Shown here piece by piece: positions 45,464 through 57,800 of a DNA stretch of 64,000 bases (the first letter of the stretch is position 1; each line of letters starts with the position of its first letter). Source of the DNA: Tubiluchus corallicola (taxonomy: Eukaryota; Animalia; Priapulida); the NCBI GenBank assembly GCA_030141605.1, contig JAQGDQ010002368.1, forward strand, positions 1 to 64,000, read 5' to 3'. The notes beneath the pieces were generated by a model. That model worked only from the letters and a program-made list of their open reading frames with translations. It was not told the origin of the DNA and searched no databases. A program made the position numbers and the translations under genes.

Positions 45464-47975
45464 TACCAGTTGTTGTGCACCACCTCAGCTAGCAGTTTAA
45501 AACTCAAAACTATAATTATCATTATCTAAAAGATTTCTAAAAGAAAGCACAAATTCTACCAACTCGTTGAATGCAGCTGAATGGGGCGACGAATCCCATG
45601 AATGACGATATCAAACAAATTCGGAGATGCAATGAGCAAATGTTGGAGAAATTGAAATTTTACCATTAGAACAAAGCAATAGTGATTACAATCACAAATA
45701 CAACCAAGATCATGTGTTAACTACTATTAGTTGATTACACTAATTCTTGTATAAAGCGAAGATCTGTATGGTTGTCCAAGAACTGTTTCAGAGACTAGGC
45801 TTCCATAAATACATAGTAAACAACTTAGTTAAAAAATAAATTCAAATTCTGATTCATTAATTTTTGAGTTATAATTAATTTACTTAGAATTTAGTTTTTC
45901 CTTTTATCAAGTTTAGAAAGCAATCTATTACAAACTAGGAAGTAAGAGTGACAAGACTATTAGTAAATGATTACAAGTCACATTTCTGGTCTATCTTCAA
46001 ATCAATTATACAAAGAAAAATTACAAATGCAATTAAGTGTAATTCTAGATAACTCAAATCTAGATACATTTCCCAAAAATTACTTGACTACTACTGAGTA
46101 ATTAGCGTCTGTTAATAAAATATGCAACTTCACTTTGCAGATGGTAATAGACTTGTTTTCTAAGTATTCAGATCTTTTAAGTATGTTTATGCAATGCTGT
46201 TTAAGAAAGGTAAATTTAACTAAAAAGCTCAATAAAATTTGGTAATTTAACACTGAGATAAAAGCTTTACTGAACTGAAATGACAAACATATGATTAACA
46301 TCATTCTGATTTCCATTTTCTTTTGCAAAATTCAATTCAAAAATTCCAACTGAATTCAGTGACATATACAACACCACGAACAGAGAGTTAAATGAAACCC
46401 GTATGTACAACATGACTCATCAGCTATGGTCAAACAGGTTTGAGCATTCAACAAAAGAGTGCAGGACTATTCAGATGTAAAAATGTTAAAGTACATTGTC
46501 AAACCCAGCTAAATTTGCTAAGCATATAATGTCACAATTTAATTAGAGATAATTTTTTAATGTTATACTAGTATTTAGTTATAGTTACGTTAAAATGCTG
46601 AGACAATAGAAATTTTTTAAGAAAGATGCTTTGTGTTTGTGTAAAATAGGCAAAACTAACTATGTAATGCTTAATTTAGTCATACAGGCATACAAAATGA
46701 CTACCATTTTTTAACAAATCCCATGCTTTGGGGTCTGCTGTTTAAGGATGACTTGTGAGCTTCATTTTAACTCCGTATGTTTGGAATGTTGCCAAACAAT
46801 TTTCACCACTTAATACTAGATGGTGGTACTAAAAATACTTTGATAGTTGATATTGTAATGATTGTAGTTTTACATTTTGCCACATGTACCTGTCATATTG
46901 TGCATACATTGATATCCATACAAACAATCCATATCTATACATACAAAACAATATATAAATAAATATATAATATAATATGATATATAATAAATATATAAAT
47001 AAATTCGTAAAAATTCATAACAATTATCAGCTTCTCCACATTTTTGTGCTTATCGTATTAATAGTATTAGTATATAGTAATAGTATTAGTAATAGTATAT
47101 TTCTGTCTTTGTTATTTCATTTTCTTGCTTATTTTGAAAATTATTCGTACCAGCCTTTCAGGTATTTCATTGTACTAATTTTGATAGGTGGCTTTTGCTG
47201 CAGTGCAGCAAATTAAAGTAATGCAATAATTTTTGATAATATACTCATCCTTACATTTGCAATGTAATTGTCTATATTATTATTAACAAGATCCAATAGA
47301 ATGTATTTACAGTTTCACCCAATGATTTCTTTAATTTATGAATACACTTGAATTTGATTTTTTTAAAGCTCTTACATTTCATTAGCCTTAAAAGTTAGTT
47401 AAACGTTGGGTATGGATTTCTATTTAATCTTGCTTGACAGTTGTCATATTGGTCCATGTCAATGTGATCCAGCAAATAATGATCTGCGTCACGATTACCA
47501 TAGCATGAATTTACAAAAGATAACCGCCAAAGAATTTGCCAACATGTGAATTTTAAACTTTCAAGGCCTCATAATACTGAATAAGACCTTCCTTGGGTGA
47601 AACGAAAAATATAATGCAATTTCGTTAATAAAGTACGTACCATTAACTCACACAACTTATGTGGCGTTAATGTAAATTTAATTATAATCACTTCGATGAA
47701 TATTATTTCTTATTTACCTAATTTAACGAATACGGCATAATAAATACAAAAAATTAGAGCAACACCCAAAATAATCTTCTACGCGACAGCCATTTTTAGA
47801 CTGCGGTGCCACCTATTCATGAAAAATAGAAAGATTGCTCAATCGATGAGCGACGGTGAATCTGTGTCATCATTAGATCACTTAGACATTCTGGCATAAC
47901 TTTCTCAGATGAGGCAGAACCGCAGAGATAATAACATAGAGAATGTCCAAAAAACGACTACAAAATAAGATCAAT

Positions 47976-48215
47976 AAACTAGCTTTATCGGCAGGACAGA
48001 GCTCATTACAAATTAACTATACCAAAAGTGAAGTTGCTATCTTTGTTTAGTTTAGTTTATTCACATCTGTTAGTACATAGAAAGACATTTATTAAAAACT
48101 AGCTTTATCGGCAGGACAGAGCTCATTACAAATTAACCATACCAAAAGTAAAGTTGTTATCTTTGTTTAGTTTAGTTTATTCACATCTGTTAGTACATAG
48201 AAAGACATTTATTAA
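47976..48215. repeat. Near-perfect 120-bp tandem duplication
   Basis: AAACTAGCTTTATCGGCAGGACAGAGCTC... starts at both 47976 and 48096. Confidence 0.93.
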
Positions 48216-48420
48216 AAAAAATAAAAATACAGTACAACTAGTCAACTACTAGCACACTATATAATTAAGGTGTGCAGGATGGCACAAAGAGCAAAGCTAC
48301 TTACATGCGCCCTTCAAGTCGATTACAAACATTTCAATATGTAACTAACGGTGAATCATTTACAGAAGCAGGCAATTAGTTCAATGTTGGGACAACACGA
48401 TTTGAAATAAACCATCTAGT
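48163..48420 (-). mobile_element. CR1/L2-type LINE 3' end fragment
   Basis: The minus strand reads FISNRVVPTLN*LPASVN, resembling the ORF2-terminal FF.NRV...WN.LP motif, and has an (AAACT)n tail. Confidence 0.55.
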
Positions 48421-49507
48421 AAAACATTGTATATAATTTTGCTTTTATCTTAGTAATGCATTGGTAAAAACAGAAAAAACATGTCAAACACTTGCGAATA
48501 TATTTTACAAGGAACGGTTCGTACACAAAGCACTGTGGCACAATGAAAAATAAAGCATTAGGGCGTTATTTTAATTAAACTGAATCACTGTAATTTTTTA
48601 TTACAATTTTTATGTAAGCATCATATTTTAGCTATTTACTGATTACAATCTCTAGTCTAACGGTCATCAACAGCACTTTATTGCTGTGAAATTTAATGTC
48701 AGTCTTTTATTGAGAAACTAGAACTAGTAGGACAAAAACTGACAACTCAAAAGTTTTTTAAAGAATGAATCCTACTTTCATAAGAGTACGTTCACAGCAA
48801 AGTCACAAAATGGGTTTTAGGGATCACAGGAAGTGCTTCCAATAAAGCACGTATTTATTACACCCACTGCTAATTAAAGCATCAGCAATTAATTACAAAA
48901 TCTACTACCAACACTCATAAAACCTACAGAAATACACTATTTAAAAATACTTATAATTGCCAATTTCACGAAGAAGTGAAACAGCTTTGAACAAAATGGG
49001 CAACTTTTCCACCATTTCAAACACACAGTGCAAATGAAATTGGCAAAATATGCCATGGTGGCAAAATAAACAAACTCTGTAGTAACCTGAAATCAAAATA
49101 CAGAAAATTAGTTTTTACGGAGCTACAAAACAATACTAGACATAACAGTGGCCAAAACAAAATAATTGAGATTTCATGAACATGCGAAAAAAGTTATCAA
49201 TTAGGAGACTACTTAAGAATTATATCCAATAAGAAACAAAGACAAAAAATTACAAAATTATGTATCTGCAACTATGACCCTCACCCTACTGGATAGCTAA
49301 CATGGTCACCAACAAGTGAATTTAACTTCAGTTGTGTTTAGTTCGTTATTCTAAAATTTATGTTAATAATTTTATTAATTTTCTCCTTTTGAGTTGTGAA
49401 ACTTACTGTGCTTTCTGCAACGATAATCTAATTCAAATGTTTTAACTTGTGTAGCAATGGAGTGTCGCAAAATAGTTGAAATCGCATTAACATCACGATC
49501 AGTAAAA

Positions 49508-50980
49508 ATGGCGGCTGCCGTTTTATGTCTGCAAAATGTAAAAGTTGTTTATTCTGCATTAAAAACTGCAAGGGCTGCAACAACAGGTTTTTACATACAG
49601 CACCAGCAGAAAAGAAATTTTCATGCAGCAGACTTGGCAACATACAAACGTGGCAGAGGTGGAAGGTTGGTGTTTTATTATTGATGTCATAAGGCGGTTG
49701 CAAACTGTGGGCGGTGGGAAGTAGGACACTTGCGCTAAAGCGCATGCGCTAAATTTGCGGAAAACCATATACATAATTGTATTCGACAGCCATCCTATAA
49801 ACAATTGCTTAATTCAAGCTACATATTAATGTAAAGCTGAGCCGTAGCGTCATTTAAAAATATACAAATTCAGATGTTTTACATATAGTAAATAGTACAG
49901 ACTATAGAAGGCAATTTTATTATTTTCAGATGCTCATTCAGTGGAACTGTAGTTACTGTTTTTGGGGCAACTGGATTTGTAGGACGCCATGTGATTAACT
50001 GCCTTGGAAAAGAGGGATCTCAGATTATTGTCCCTTACAGAGGAGATGCCTACCATATTATGCGTTTGAAGCCAGCTGGAGATTTAGGTCAAATTTTATT
50101 CTATCCTTTCAACTTGCGCGATGAAGACTCTATTAGAACTGCAATGAAGTACTCAAATGTTGTCATCAATTTAATTGGAAGGGATTTTGAAACAAAAAAT
50201 TATACTTTCAATGATGTTCATGCTGACGGAGCTCGTTCAATTGCAAGAATTGCAACAGAAATGGGAGTTAAAAAATTGATACACGTATCTGCCCTGAATG
50301 CCAATTTGGATATACCTGCATATGTTATCAAAGGTGGTTCTGGGTTTCTCAAATCAAAGGCTCTTGGTGAGTTAGCTGTTCGACAGGAATTTCCGGATGC
50401 AATCATTGTGCAACCTTCAGACATCTTTGGTCATGAGGATCGCTTTCTGCGTCATTTTGTAACACCTTGGCGTCGCACTGGATTTAAAACTGTACATCTG
50501 TGGCGGAAAGGCGAAAAAACTGTTAAGCAGCCTGTGTATGTTGGTGACGTTGCACGTGGTATTGTCAATGCCATCTATGATCCTGCTGCTGTTGGAAAAA
50601 CTTTTCAGTTTGTTGGCCCTGAAAGATACAGACTTAGTGACATTGTGGACTATATATACACATTTACTCGAAGGACCCCTGAGGACTGGGGGTATAAACG
50701 AGCTCACATACGCCCTTGGAGCTTATTGTTTAAGCTGAAGACGCAGGTTTTGAATTCTCTTCCGGGCCACGTAAAGGCTGGTTGGGATAAGATTGAACGA
50801 GAGTGCCCCACAGATGTCATAGATATAGACAATCCTACCTTGGCTGATCTGGGCGTAAAGTTAACAATGCTCGGAGATCAAGCTTCATACGACCTTCAGA
50901 TGTTTATAGCCAATGCTTACTATGAGGAATCGCTGGGAGAGTTTCCAACAGTCCCCCCACCAAAAGTTGCGGTTGAATAA
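49508..50980 (+). CDS. NDUFA9: NADH dehydrogenase (ubiquinone) 1 alpha subcomplex subunit 9, mitochondrial
   Basis: Exons 49508-49665 (presequence, KRGRGGR) and 49930-50980 (SFSGTVVTVFGATGFVGR, GDLGQI, YSNVVINLIGRDFETKN, IHVSALNA, KQPVYVGDVA). Confidence 0.96.
49740..49749. promoter_or_regulatory. NRF1-type palindrome GCGCATGCGC in NDUFA9 intron 1
   Basis: Exact core consensus. A YY1-like AAAATGGCGG also overlaps the NDUFA9 start codon. Confidence 0.55.
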
Positions 50981-51683
50981 ATTGTTGTTTTAAGTGACAA
51001 GTTTTGTAAGAAATTGCACGTAAACTCGCTATAATTTATTGTTACAGCATTTAATAATTAGTATTAGGCTGGTAGCATGTTATGTGTTGTATTACATTAG
51101 CCTTTACATAAGTAGTAAAACTATAAATTACTTTCGTAAACACAACTTATTCAATAAGTTCGGCATAAAAACAAATTTGGCATCATTAAATGGTAACTAA
51201 GAACCTGACGCTAAGGCTGATGCTATTAATCATGGAGTCTTGGTTTCCACTAATCAGGTTGTAAATCGAAGGGTCACATAAAAATGTATTAGCTTCATAA
51301 AATCTATGAAGAAGTATCAGGCTGTTATAAATTAATGAAAGGAGCATCTCATAAGCTAAAGTTGATCTTGTCTTAACATACCAGAAAGAACAGCTATGGC
51401 ACTTAATGTCATGGCCCTCATGGATAACATTTATAACAATTTATGTTTACTGGTGAAGTAAGCCTTGTTTATAATTAGACAATTTATATCCAGTATAATG
51501 ACTGTCTTCTTTGTTTTCATATTTTCTGTATAACAAAAAATTTCGAGAAAACGGAATTTGGCATAATAATTGTTTTTAACATTAACAGCCAATTTAACAT
51601 TTACATTTGTTTTTTGATTAAGGCATGACATCTTGTGTATAATAAAATTGTTTTCATTATTGTTTTGTTATTATTGTTATTAT

Positions 51684-52048
51684 TAGGGGTGAGCATTCTC
51701 TACCAGAAAAGTGAATCGAAATCAGATTTATGACTTTTTAATTCGGATTAAGCCAGGTTTCAATTTTGAATCGAATTTGAATTCCTTTGATTTTCAAATA
51801 AATTTTCATAAATGAAAAGCATTCTCGCAAATATGTGTTTACTGCTTGATTTTGTTTTGCAGTAAGACATTAATAGTTTGTTTAAAAGCTCTGTGCATAG
51901 AAATAACGCTATGCTGTGTTGATTACATGCTGTTTCAGATGTTTCAATGAGAAAGAACATATGTATTTAAAGACCTAAATTATTCTAAACCATAATTTCA
52001 GATTCGAATAAAAAAATTTGTTATTCGCAAGTTCGATGCTCACCCTTA
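51684..52048. mobile_element. Probable hAT-like MITE
   Basis: TIRs TAGGGGTGAGCAT...ATGCTCACCCTTA and internal GAATCGAA/TTCGAA motifs. The TSD is unclear. Confidence 0.55.
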
Positions 52049-53079
52049 TTAGTAGTGATTGTGGTAGTAGAAGTAATAGTAGTAGTCATGGTGGTGATGG
52101 TGCTGGTGGTTATTGTAGTAGTAGTAGTAGTTGTTGTTGTTGTTGTACAGTAGTAGTAGTAGCAGAGCTATTGTATCATTTACTACGTGGTAGTAGTAGT
52201 AATAGACTATTATTTCTGTTATTGTTGTTGTTGTATAGTAGTAATAAGTATGGTATTATAGTAGTAGTAATAGTAAAATTGGTGGCTGTTGTATCAATGC
52301 TGCTATCATCTTAATCGCCTTTTCATACTTTTAGACAATATGGGTGAGTGACTGAGTGTTGTGACAAATTGAGTTGCTACATTCACAGAGCTGAAATAAA
52401 CCGGTCGTGGCAGAAAAATGAAAATTAATTGTTTACCGACAGTCACAATGCTAAGATTTCAATTGATAGAACAAGATGTCCGCCTCCTTAGTGCATGACT
52501 TTGGACGAAGCAATGGCGTTACATCAGTCTTTCAATGGATTCATAAGTAAAATAACAGATGTTAATAACTATTTTCAAGCTAATTAAGAGACGCGAAGAA
52601 GGAATGAGGGATTCCTAAATTACTTTGGTAGCTTATTTTCTGCTTCCAAAAAATACAGAAAATTCGTACTAAATGAATATACCTGTAATACATAACTTGT
52701 AAGACTAATAAGCAAGCTATCAAGTGTTTTTTTTTCTCATCTCCTAAGTAATTGTTGCTCTTTCTTATACTAACTTTTTCTCTTAAATTTTCTATATTAC
52801 ACTTTTTTGATACTTATTTTATCTCTCCATACAGTCAAAATCCCCTGTCATTAAGGCCCCTATTTGAAAATATATGTAATAATCATAATTACTTGTATTA
52901 ATTGTATTGTTTTGTTTAGATTTAGGTGTCATCTAACTTTATTATTTTTTGTTTTCACTTATACTGTTTTCATTTATACTTTGTTTTCATTTATACTGTT
53001 TAATATTATTATTTCTTTCCTATTTGATTTTGTTATCCGCAGTCTCACCATTTACTTTTAATATACTAATTTAATTATA

Positions 53080-53215
53080 AGACAGGGCAGGAGACTAGAT
53101 GACCCTATGGTCCTTCCCTGCCCTGCTCCACTACTATAATTAAGTAATATTTAAAAAAACTTGTCATGTCAAACAAATGGAGAAAATAAATGTTCTATGT
53201 CTATGTCTATGTCTT
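53080..53215 (+). mobile_element. L2/CR1-type LINE 3' tail
   Basis: Stem-loop CAGGGCAGG...GACC...GGTC...CCTGCCCTG, then AATAAA and a (CTATGT)n tail. Confidence 0.55.
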
Positions 53216-54036
53216 TGAACGTATTTAATCGCTTTTTTCACTTTTCGAAGTATTCACAATATTTGAAAGCAAAACATAATAATATTATTAATATTAACAA
53301 CTTTTAATTATTCAAAGTCGTGTGGTGGTTAGTAATGAAATGGTGACAACCACCGTATCAAAAATTTTACACTTTTTGTAACTAATAGTAATAATACTAT
53401 AGTAATATTGCAGATATTTTTTATTACTTTTTGGTGATCATACTCATACTCAGTAATGATCATGATAATCATAATAGATAGATAGATAATTTTATTTATC
53501 TCTTGTAATACACGCAAAAAACAATTACATAATTACAATTACAAAAAATAATACATGTACTTCAGTGTTTGCTGTCAAGATAGTTTTTGAATTAAAACGT
53601 AAAATGCACTTGTTACTCTCTACATTTTTGATACGTATAAAGTATTGCCTGTTTCGCTGGTATTTGTCTTAGCATCTGTTTCGCAAGTGCGTATGGTTAT
53701 ACAGTTGTAGTTTAGCATTACTTATATGCTATTTGCCATTGTACTACTGTTGTGGAATAACATTTGTGATTAAGATGCGAAACGAACTTGAATAGTAAAA
53801 GCGAAGACCAAATAAAAGATAGTATATGTAACTTATTGTAAATTACTGTAAAATAACACGTGTAAAATTTGTTTAGATTTATACTAACTATTAAGTGTCA
53901 ATATTTCTGACAATGCTCAGCAAATGGTTCAGTTGACAGTACGCTGAATTTTACATTTTTGTATGTAAATAATTGTGCTTCATTTATTTATCCAAATTGT
54001 TTATGTTAGTTTTAGCCAATCTTGCAGTGAAATAAG

Positions 54037-54648
54037 CAGTGGCGGCTCGTGTATAGGTACTGTAGTACTGCAGCACCTCCTGTTTTCACTCATTATTATT
54101 GATAATATTCAATATAAGTATTTTTTCTTTAGTTCTTTTTTTAATACTTGTGCAGAACCGGAGCACATGAGAGAAGTACAGTTTACTTCACAGCCCAAGC
54201 AACGTGGTGTTTGACAGTTGTGCACGTGCGGCCATGCGTACATGTCTGAGATAACACGCTGTACTCTACCGTCTGCTGCAAGGTAGAAAAATACTGTCTC
54301 TATCACAGTAACAGTTGCCACGTGCTCACCGTGTACTGTCATACTCTTGGATGTGGTAAAGTGCAAACATATGTGTGCTTAAAACATAAATTATTTAGTA
54401 ATGGATGCCTTGCATACCCAAGAAATAAGTTCTGTGACTGTAAGTGATCTACAACAACTTAATTTTTCACAGTTGTCTCTCCACGAGAAAGTTGCAGTTA
54501 AGAAAAGAGGCTGTTCAACACCTGATCTTCAAATATAACTACAACATTGAAATTACATATATTAATTACGTTTTACATAGTATTAAAACAATGGCTAAAA
54601 ATTTTCTGAAGCAGCACCCCCACTAATTTTTGTTACGAGCCGCCACTG
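54037..54648 (+). mobile_element. Full-length non-autonomous hAT-like DNA transposon (MITE, 612 bp)
   Basis: Perfect 14-bp TIRs CAGTGGCGGCTCGT/ACGAGCCGCCACTG and an 8-bp TSD GAAATAAG/GAAATAAA (7/8). Two more copies lie in CPVL introns. Confidence 0.92.
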
Positions 54649-54868
54649 GAAATAAAGTGAAAGCTAGTTGCAATGATGACAAAATGCAGTTTGTTCATTT
54701 TTTAGCTTATTTACTTTATATTACTGAATTTTTACAATTATCAAATTTTCTAAGGTAGTGTAATAATCTCACTGCTCTGAAAAAAACAAATCAACCTTTG
54801 AACTGTACTCAAACAGTGTTTTCTTTTGCTTTTTCAGTTTGATTTTAGAGAAATTCTGAGGCATCACA

Positions 54869-57800
54869 ATGTCGGCCACCAAAGAACTTGAACTAAACTT
54901 CAGTACTGCACTTCTAGTAAGCAAAAAATTATAACTAAAATTTGTTTGAGCTTATCTGCTAAGTATGTGACATTCTTATATTTTGTGTAACTTGTTTGTC
55001 GCTTCCGTAAAGTAGTCTTATTGGTAATACAATTGTATGTTGCTGCTTTAGCATGTAGGTTACATGTTGATAAAAATGCTCTATATTTTGTCTATAATAA
55101 TATAACTTACATTCTTTATGTCTGTCTGCAGTAATTGTAAATTATGTATTGAAAATCTTACTCATTACCTATATATTGTCCTGATTATGCCATTCTTACA
55201 ATATAATATCTTAGATAAAGTATTTTCTTTACTTCAAACTTATGTGAGCTTTTATAGCTTAACTGTTGAGTTACCTTACCTTACCTGGTGCTTTGCTAGT
55301 ATGTATAAACGAAGTTCTGCTGATTGAAACAAAAAAATTACATTTAAATTGCTTTATTTTTATTTTCTTATAGAGGCTGTTGTATGTATTAAGTACTCAT
55401 TAATGTGATTGTTTCATTATAAAACATGAATGATGCTCATAATATGTTTTTTGAAGTATCTTGACTAATTTATGACCACCATACAACAGTAAAGCACGTG
55501 ACCATCAAATTTTACAGTCTGGTGGTTTGGCAGGTCTGTCGGTGGATGTTACACTTTTTCCACTTGACACTATAAAGACTCGTTTGCAAAGTGCTCAAGG
55601 ATTCATTAAAGCTGGCGGTTTTCACCGAATTTACTCTGGTTTGGGATCTGCGGCAGCCGGGTCCATGCCAACAGGTAATTGTTTTGATTTTATTCCGTTT
55701 TTGAAGAAAAATGCGACAAATGGTTCTTTTAGTGTGAGATGTTTTGAGAGAGTTCAGACTGTACTTGAATGAAAAAACCAGATAAGATTGTGAGACAACA
55801 TGAATACGTCACTTACTATATAACTAGCGACCTTGTCATTATCTTTATCTATTATTAATGTGGCGAAACAAAGAAAGGCGAATTAGATACATTTGTGAGT
55901 TGTTACTTGTTTCTAACTTTCTGCGTTGTGTTTCAGCTGCCGTGTTTTTTTGTACATACGAGACGACTAAGACCGTTTCAGCACGCTACCTTCCAGCCAA
56001 CCTTTTGGTAGTGGGACACATGGCAGCTGCTTCATTTGGTGAAGTTGTGAGTATAGTTATATTTTCATTTTGTAAATTTCTGATTGTCTACTTAAGTTGT
56101 TGTGCAAAATCATTTTATGGTCTGGCAAGGTTCAAGTTTTACAGTGAGTTTACAGTGTACAAGTTTTACTTATACAGTAAGTTTTCGCTTAACATCTCCC
56201 TCTTTAGTGACATTTCATTTTAAAAACTCTTAAAATTAATGCGACATTAAAGTTGACTTTGGCTTAACTGGTGCATTTGACTTTTGCTGTAAATTCGCAC
56301 TAAATTTGACTGCAATGAGAGGTTGACCCTTCGTAGACTTCCTCGGTGCCACAAAAACATTTGGCAGAATTCTTTTTTGTTAGAACCATGTTGCTTTGGA
56401 AATCTCTTCCTTCTCATGTTGTTACTGCTCCTACTTTGGCTTCTTTTGAAACCCCTTTATCGATTTATGATTTCATTGCTTTTTGTTGTGGTCTCCAGAA
56501 TTCTGATGTACATACAATTTATAAATATTTATTTTGCAACAGTTACTAACAATTTAAAATGGTCTGACTGTGCAGTGACTAAAATTTTTTCTCTTCACGT
56601 GTTTATGATTATTGATCATAAGTTAGATTAACACTTTTATTGCATTAAACTATGGGGCTCCTTAATTTGCTTTCTTAAAGTCTGTGTGGCTGAAATTTTG
56701 TGCATCTCTTGATTGGAAACTATGTGTCTTGTTAATGCCTATTGCTCCAGCACTTTACCTTTTTACATTTAATATGTTTTGTTATTTTGTTAAAAGTGCA
56801 AATAAAATACAGTTCATTTCAACATTTGACACCTTTTTCTCATTTAATGAAGCATGTTTCTTTTTAGCAACATTTTTCGACTTTGTTCAAAGCAATTTTT
56901 GTTTCAACATCAACTTTGTTAGCTAATTTAAACGACTAAAACAGCTTTTCTTGCAATATTTTGTTTTCAAAACACTTCTAGTGATGTACAATAGCATAAT
57001 ATGCCAATTGTTTTTGCTTCTCGACACACTGAATGCTAACATGTTTGTACTGGCAATTGTGCCTGAGTGAAAGTGTATGCATAGAAATTCTGCCTGCATC
57101 CTGTAGCTATTGCAACTAGTATCTAGACAAAATTGTCCCAAGGCCACCTGACATTTTAGATGCAGTGTTTAACTGCTAATTAAGGGCTTTAAAGTTAACA
57201 AGAGAGAAGCTGGCATAGATAAGATAGGTTTTCCAAGTAAGCAGAAAGAAATTCAACAGTAATAATATGGATATAGCTCATAAAACATTTACTTTATGTG
57301 AGTTAAACATTATTGCTTTTTGTTATGTATCTCAGTGCCTTTACATTACACCCTATAGAAGTCATGCTTCATTTAATGACTTTTCGCTTAACATTTTTGT
57401 GGAATGCATCAGTGTCATTCAGCAAAGACTTATACATCGAACACTTTATCCCACCAACTTGTTACCCTTCAACATTGAATTATTGTTAGTCAATATTTTT
57501 TATCGTGGAATCTGTTATTAAAGGACTGTTTAGAGTTATTTCATCACGTTCAGACCCCCATTTCAGGGATTGGTCTAGTTGATGAAACTTTTTATCAGTC
57601 ACTAATGTTTACAAATCACATGCTTCGAAGTAAAAACATATTTAAAAAAGGAAAAACTATAGCTTATCACTAAGAAGTTGTCTGAAATGTTAACTTATAC
57701 ATGAGGTACTAAACTAGCTGTCCAGATAGGAAATTAAGAATCCCTATGTATATCATGCGCCTGCTATATTATTGCGAGATAAGAAAATAAGCAGTAGAAC

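Noticed and set aside
52018-52314. 98-aa Ser/Gly/Cys/Val-rich ORF
   Set aside because: Mixed (TAG/TGG/TTG)n trinucleotide low-complexity tract.
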